Below, in pieces: positions 59,993 through 64,000 of a DNA stretch of 64,000 bases (position 1 is its first letter; each line of letters begins with the position of its first letter). Source of the stretch: a bacterium (GTDB lineage: Bacteria; SAR324; JACQKK01); contig OZ251219.1 in assembly GCA_965240465.1 (NCBI GenBank), positions 1,056,001 through 1,120,000 of the forward strand. The letters are read 5' to 3'. A program made the translations under genes and the position numbers. The notes under the pieces were generated by a model that saw nothing but the letters and a program-made list of their open reading frames with translations, was not told the DNA's origin and ran no database searches.

Positions 59993-62900
59993 TCATTGGG
60001 GTAGCTGAATGTTGCTTTTGATATTCAATGGTTGAGATTCTGGTACTAGGTGTATTTGGAGGATGCGGGGGTTTGTTTGCAGAGTGTTTTTTAGGATATC
60101 TATAACTTGGTTTTGTGTAATAGATTGCAGATGTTTAGCAAGTAATTGTCTGCGTTGGGGGTTTTCGTGTAGGAAGATGTTCTTAAAGTTGTAGTAAGTG
60201 AGGGAAGCAAGACTGTTGAAGTGTTGAGTTTGCTCAGCGAGGGCATTGGACTTTAGTTGTTCAAATTTGTCTGCGGGGAGGTTTTCAATGTGTTTAACGA
60301 ATAAGGGGATGAAGGCTTGGATTCGGGATTGGAGGTATTCTGAGGAGTATTCAGCTGACTGCACTGCCATAATCAAGGAATTACTTTTGAGTATTGATCT
60401 AGGATAAGCGACGGTATAGTATCCTAGTTGTTGTTCGGTGCGAAGTTGATTAAAGAAAAGTTCATAAAAAGGCGATCGTAAGATGCTGATGACAGATTCT
60501 ATTGTGGGTAGAGATACTTCAGGTGAGAATTGGTAATAATTGAGGGCAAAGTTGTTGCTATGTTTGATTGGATGGTGGAATTGAAAGGTTTTTTTGGAGG
60601 GGATGATTTTTACTGTTGGTGGGATTTGAGTAGTTTCAGAGTTAGGGCTTGGGGCTATTTTGGCAAGCATCTTGGAGGCTTTTTTGGGTGATAGACTACC
60701 GACAATCAGGGCTTCCAGTTGGAATGAGCTGAACACCTTTTGGGCGTATGTTAGGACATCTTCGAGCGAAGTGTTTTTTGAGGCCTCAGCCAGATGGGTC
60801 GGGTGATGGTATGCAGGCAGCAATAGGGGGTATAGGAAGTCTGTAGACTGATTTGCGGGGGCATCGGTTTCTGTATCCAGCCAATCTTTCCTTATTGTTT
60901 GTTTAATACTATCAAAGCGTGCGGTGGAGATGGAAGGTTTCTGCATGTGCTGGATGAGTAGTTCCAACACTTTGGGTAATTGGTCAGAATATCCTTCTAT
61001 TCCCAGGAACATCCCTTTGCTGGAGTATTTTAGATTGTAGCTGATGGCAGCAATGAGTAAGGGATAGCCCAGTTCGTTAAGGCTTTCTAAGACTGTACTA
61101 ATATACAATTCAGTGAGTGCCTGCTGCTGGCGGTTTTTGCCGTGTTGAGGCAAGGTAAATTGCAACATTATTTTAGATTTAGGAGCACGGAAATGCCAGT
61201 CTTCCAGGTGAAATGCTTTTACAGATGGTGTTTGTAGCAACAGGGTAGGTTGAGGAGAAAGAACCTGATTGATAGATTTTTCCAAAGTACTTGTTATGCG
61301 TGGGAGCAGGGTTTTCAATTCAGATTGGAATTCGCCAAAGTTTTTGAATGAGTTTTCTTTCATTTGTGTAAGGGCATTAATTGCCTCGGGGGGCAAATTG
61401 TTTTCTTTGGCTCTTATTAGGGTATCTTCACCGATGTAGGGGGCTGCCGCGCGGTTTAACAAGCGGGTATCTTTAGCGATGAATTTGTTAGGTTGAGGCA
61501 GCTTCCAGCGAGGATCTGGTTCGGCATTGAGCAGCTGTTTATATAAATCGCCAGAGATTTCTTCATAGCTGTAAGAGGTTTTATAATAATAATCGGTTTT
61601 GTTACCTTTAATGTTTTTGTCTGCCAGTATCACCTGCATGCGTTCCGCAGAGAAGTTCTGCATGGCTTCATGTTGTATTTTAGAATTGGGGCGAGTGGGA
61701 CCGTATCTTGCTCGGGGGAGGGAATCAAGAGGGAACAAAACCATGGAACTAGCGTTTCTGGTAGCTACACGTGTGGCACTGGTTTCGTTGTCAAAGTCAA
61801 AATCAAGCTGTGATAGTTGAACATCTTGCTTGAGTAGCCATTCAGGAAGAGGTTGCTTTTTAAGAGCATTAAAAACTCCAATGGTTTTTAGTAGAACCTC
61901 TTGGTACTGCTCTACTCCTTTGGGAGTCAGTTCAATGGACACACTCAGATTAGATCCTCCCAGTGCGTTTATGTATTCGGACGAATGCAAAGCTACTGCC
62001 AGTTCATCTTCCTTTAGCAAAGAAAGCAGGCTACCAGGTCCTTCATGAGCAAGCACATGATTGATAGCCGACAGAGGCTGCTCACGATAGTATTCATTGA
62101 ACCTTTCCAATAAGAAATCAATTATCAGTTCTGGAGAGTCCTTTACAGAACGAACTTTAACAAGCCGTAGTGCTTGCTTTGGTTCAGTACCATAAGTGGA
62201 TAGCTCTAATTTTTTCAGATCACGAACTTCAATGGGAGAAAAATATTTCTTTGTAAGTTCTTCCAAATACTCCAACGGTTGAGGCCCAACTATAGACAAG
62301 TTCATGTTATCGGCTGAATAATGATCAAGAAAAAAGTCATTAAGTACTTTTGGGGTGACATTCTTTAGGCTTTCTGCATTGCCAGTATAAAATCCCCGCC
62401 GAGGATCATCTTCATCATAGATAGAGCGTCTCAAATTATATATGCGCCAGCCATCTGAGCTTATATTTTTCGCATGTTCAGATGCTACCGCTTTAACTTC
62501 TTTATCCGTGTATTCTTCTGATAACAGGGGAGAAATAAAAAATTGTGAGAAACGGTCTAAAGCTCCTTCCAATGCGTTTGGCAAAACCGTAAAGTGGTAA
62601 TTAGTGTGGTCATTAGATGTATAAGCGTTGGCATAGCCACCATTATCAGCCAGGTACCTTGAATAATCGTTATTTTTTGGATATTTCTCAGTCCCCAAAA
62701 ATAGCATATGCTCCAGAAAATGTGCCAACCCTTGATGCTCTTTAGGATTGTGTATAGAGCCAGTCTCCACCGCTAGTGACGCGGCAGAATCAGAGAACCG
62801 GGAATCAGATACCAATATAACCTCCAGACCGTTCTCCAGTTTAAGGATGGAAATTCTTTTTCCTGAGTCCCCCATTTCCCCACGATATAACATCAATAGT

Positions 62901-63010
62901 CCTCCAATTATTCCTGCCAATATTAGTACCCCTAGCAAGACCTGATTGTTTTTCAAGTAATTTTTTGCCTTGCTAGCAACGTTTTTAATAAGTCCCATTT
63001 TGTAGTCCAT
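59993..63010 (-). CDS. M16A (insulinase/pitrilysin-like) zinc peptidase with N-terminal TM anchor
   Basis: GLAHFLEHMLFLGTEKYP, NAYTS, LDRFSQFF, FNQLRTEQQLGY. Confidence 0.92.
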   Translation of the reverse strand: MDYKMGLIKNVASKAKNYLKNNQVLLGVLILAGIIGGLLMLYRGEMGDSGKRISILKLENGLEVILVSDSRFSDSAASLAVETGSIHNPKEHQGLAHFLEHMLFLGTEKYPKNNDYSRYLADNGGYANAYTSNDHTNYHFTVLPNALEGALDRFSQFFISPLLSEEYTDKEVKAVASEHAKNISSDGWRIYNLRRSIYDEDDPRRGFYTGNAESLKNVTPKVLNDFFLDHYSADNMNLSIVGPQPLEYLEELTKKYFSPIEVRDLKKLELSTYGTEPKQALRLVKVRSVKDSPELIIDFLLERFNEYYREQPLSAINHVLAHEGPGSLLSLLKEDELAVALHSSEYINALGGSNLSVSIELTPKGVEQYQEVLLKTIGVFNALKKQPLPEWLLKQDVQLSQLDFDFDNETSATRVATRNASSMVLFPLDSLPRARYGPTRPNSKIQHEAMQNFSAERMQVILADKNIKGNKTDYYYKTSYSYEEISGDLYKQLLNAEPDPRWKLPQPNKFIAKDTRLLNRAAAPYIGEDTLIRAKENNLPPEAINALTQMKENSFKNFGEFQSELKTLLPRITSTLEKSINQVLSPQPTLLLQTPSVKAFHLEDWHFRAPKSKIMLQFTLPQHGKNRQQQALTELYISTVLESLNELGYPLLIAAISYNLKYSSKGMFLGIEGYSDQLPKVLELLIQHMQKPSISTARFDSIKQTIRKDWLDTETDAPANQSTDFLYPLLLPAYHHPTHLAEASKNTSLEDVLTYAQKVFSSFQLEALIVGSLSPKKASKMLAKIAPSPNSETTQIPPTVKIIPSKKTFQFHHPIKHSNNFALNYYQFSPEVSLPTIESVISILRSPFYELFFNQLRTEQQLGYYTVAYPRSILKSNSLIMAVQSAEYSSEYLQSRIQAFIPLFVKHIENLPADKFEQLKSNALAEQTQHFNSLASLTYYNFKNIFLHENPQRRQLLAKHLQSITQNQVIDILKNTLQTNPRILQIHLVPESQPLNIKSNIQLPQ

Positions 63011-63146
63011 GTTTTTAATTCCAAAAGATAAGCTGGACTACCTCCTTCCCAGCATCATCGGTAAATTTATACTACCTACGATTACATTAAATTGATACAT
63101 TTTAGGATACTTAGTCAACTAAATGTTTAACTCATCTCCTTAGGTA

Positions 63147-63644
63147 ATGTCAAAACATATATACATTTCCCTGGGCTCAAACTTAGAACCCAGAAAACAT
63201 CTGCCTGAGGCCATGGCAGGGCTGAAAAAATTGGTCACCGTTCATAACATCAGCCCCACTTATCGAAGTATGCCTTACGGCATTACTGCTCAGCCCCATT
63301 TTCTTAACGTCGTCACCGAGTGCTTTGCAGACTGCACTCCTCTGCAACTGTTGAAACAATTGCTCTCCCTTGAAAAAACCCTGGGGCGAGTTAGAGCTAA
63401 CATTCCTAAAAATGGACCACGCTTAATTGACCTTGATATCCTAGACTTCCAATCTCTCACCATGTCTCACCCCCAACTTACTCTACCACACCCTCAGCTA
63501 CACAAAAGAAATTTCATCCTTAAGCCACTCAGCGATGTCAGCCCCAGCTGGCGACATCCCATCCTAAAGTGTTCAGCCGCAAAATTATTGCAAGATAATC
63601 AAACCAACCCGCCAGTCCGTGAATTCCTCAAACTGAATGCCTAA
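63147..63644 (+). CDS. folK: 6-hydroxymethyl-7,8-dihydropterin pyrophosphokinase
   Basis: LGSNL, FLNVV, GPRLIDLDIL, LPHP, RNFIL-x-PL. Confidence 0.95.
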   Translation: MSKHIYISLGSNLEPRKHLPEAMAGLKKLVTVHNISPTYRSMPYGITAQPHFLNVVTECFADCTPLQLLKQLLSLEKTLGRVRANIPKNGPRLIDLDILDFQSLTMSHPQLTLPHPQLHKRNFILKPLSDVSPSWRHPILKCSAAKLLQDNQTNPPVREFLKLNA

Positions 63645-63672
63645 GCCAAATGCCTAAGCCAAATGCCTAAGC
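63636..63672 (+). repeat. 13-bp tandem repeat (aatgcctaagcca, about 2.8 copies) carrying both convergent stop codons
   Basis: folK TAA lies in unit 1; the DUF805 TAG (minus strand) lies in unit 3. Confidence 0.9.
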
Positions 63673-64000
63673 AGAGCCAGCATCGGTTTTATCAGCGGAT
63701 GGAATTTGATCAGGTAGCACAGGTTGCTCTGTGGGTTTCTGTTCTTGATTATCAAGCTCATCCTGCGTGTTATCCTTTTCCTGTTGCGAGGGTACATCCC
63801 CATAGCGATTTGCATTTGGCTCGCTGGGTTTGAATAGCAATATCAGGCCGAATATGAAGCTCACCAAGGGAATGAGAAACAATAGGCACCACCAGCCACT
63901 CCAACCAATATCGTGTAGGCGTTGCACTGGAAGGCAAATGATATTAGCCCAGCTGTACAGGAGGTAAAGAGGTAGATATACCAGCAGGAAAAGGTCAGCT
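63667..64000 (-). CDS. DUF805 family membrane protein, C-terminal part (5' end outside window)
   Basis: QRLHDIGWSGWW-x-LLFLIP...NRYG; frame stays open to the window edge. Confidence 0.88.
   Translation of the reverse strand, partial: ADLFLLVYLPLYLLYSWANIICLPVQRLHDIGWSGWWCLLFLIPLVSFIFGLILLFKPSEPNANRYGDVPSQQEKDNTQDELDNQEQKPTEQPVLPDQIPSADKTDAGSA

Overview
Bacterial chromosomal window, mostly housekeeping genes. It holds fabF (partial), gcvH, a near-identical tandem duplication of an OppA-like solute-binding gene, lpdA-pdhABC, a TolC/MFP/RND efflux set, comF, amgK-like, an FMN glutamate-synthase-family gene, tRNA-Val and tRNA-Asp, a 23S rRNA with no 16S upstream, a 5S rRNA separated from the 23S by two DUF1761-like genes, cyaY, tupBC, rplM-rpsI, orphan fliF-like and fliN-like genes, nnr, hsp20 with a CIRCE, rpmE-prfA, clpB, GH15, thrS, TSP3/GLUG and spondin lipoproteins, moeA-PBP, kdsB, obgE, fabI-queF-dapB, an M16 peptidase and folK. 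No integrase, transposase, phage gene or CRISPR array was seen. Gene content suggests a diderm, possibly delta-proteobacteria-like and possibly host-associated organism (inference only). The most unusual signals are: (1) a sawtooth G/T-to-C/A strand skew that resets at transcription-unit boundaries whatever the gene orientation; (2) a dismembered rRNA locus with protein genes between 23S and 5S, each RNA having its own flanking stem; (3) two unannotated paralogous small proteins with a Cas2/VapD-like pattern flanking the GH15-thrS block; (4) a 58-aa stand-alone RadA-type zinc-ribbon ORF missed by the ORF track; (5) the complex oppA duplication, which may be an assembly artefact. All product calls come from motif recognition by eye, with no database searches.
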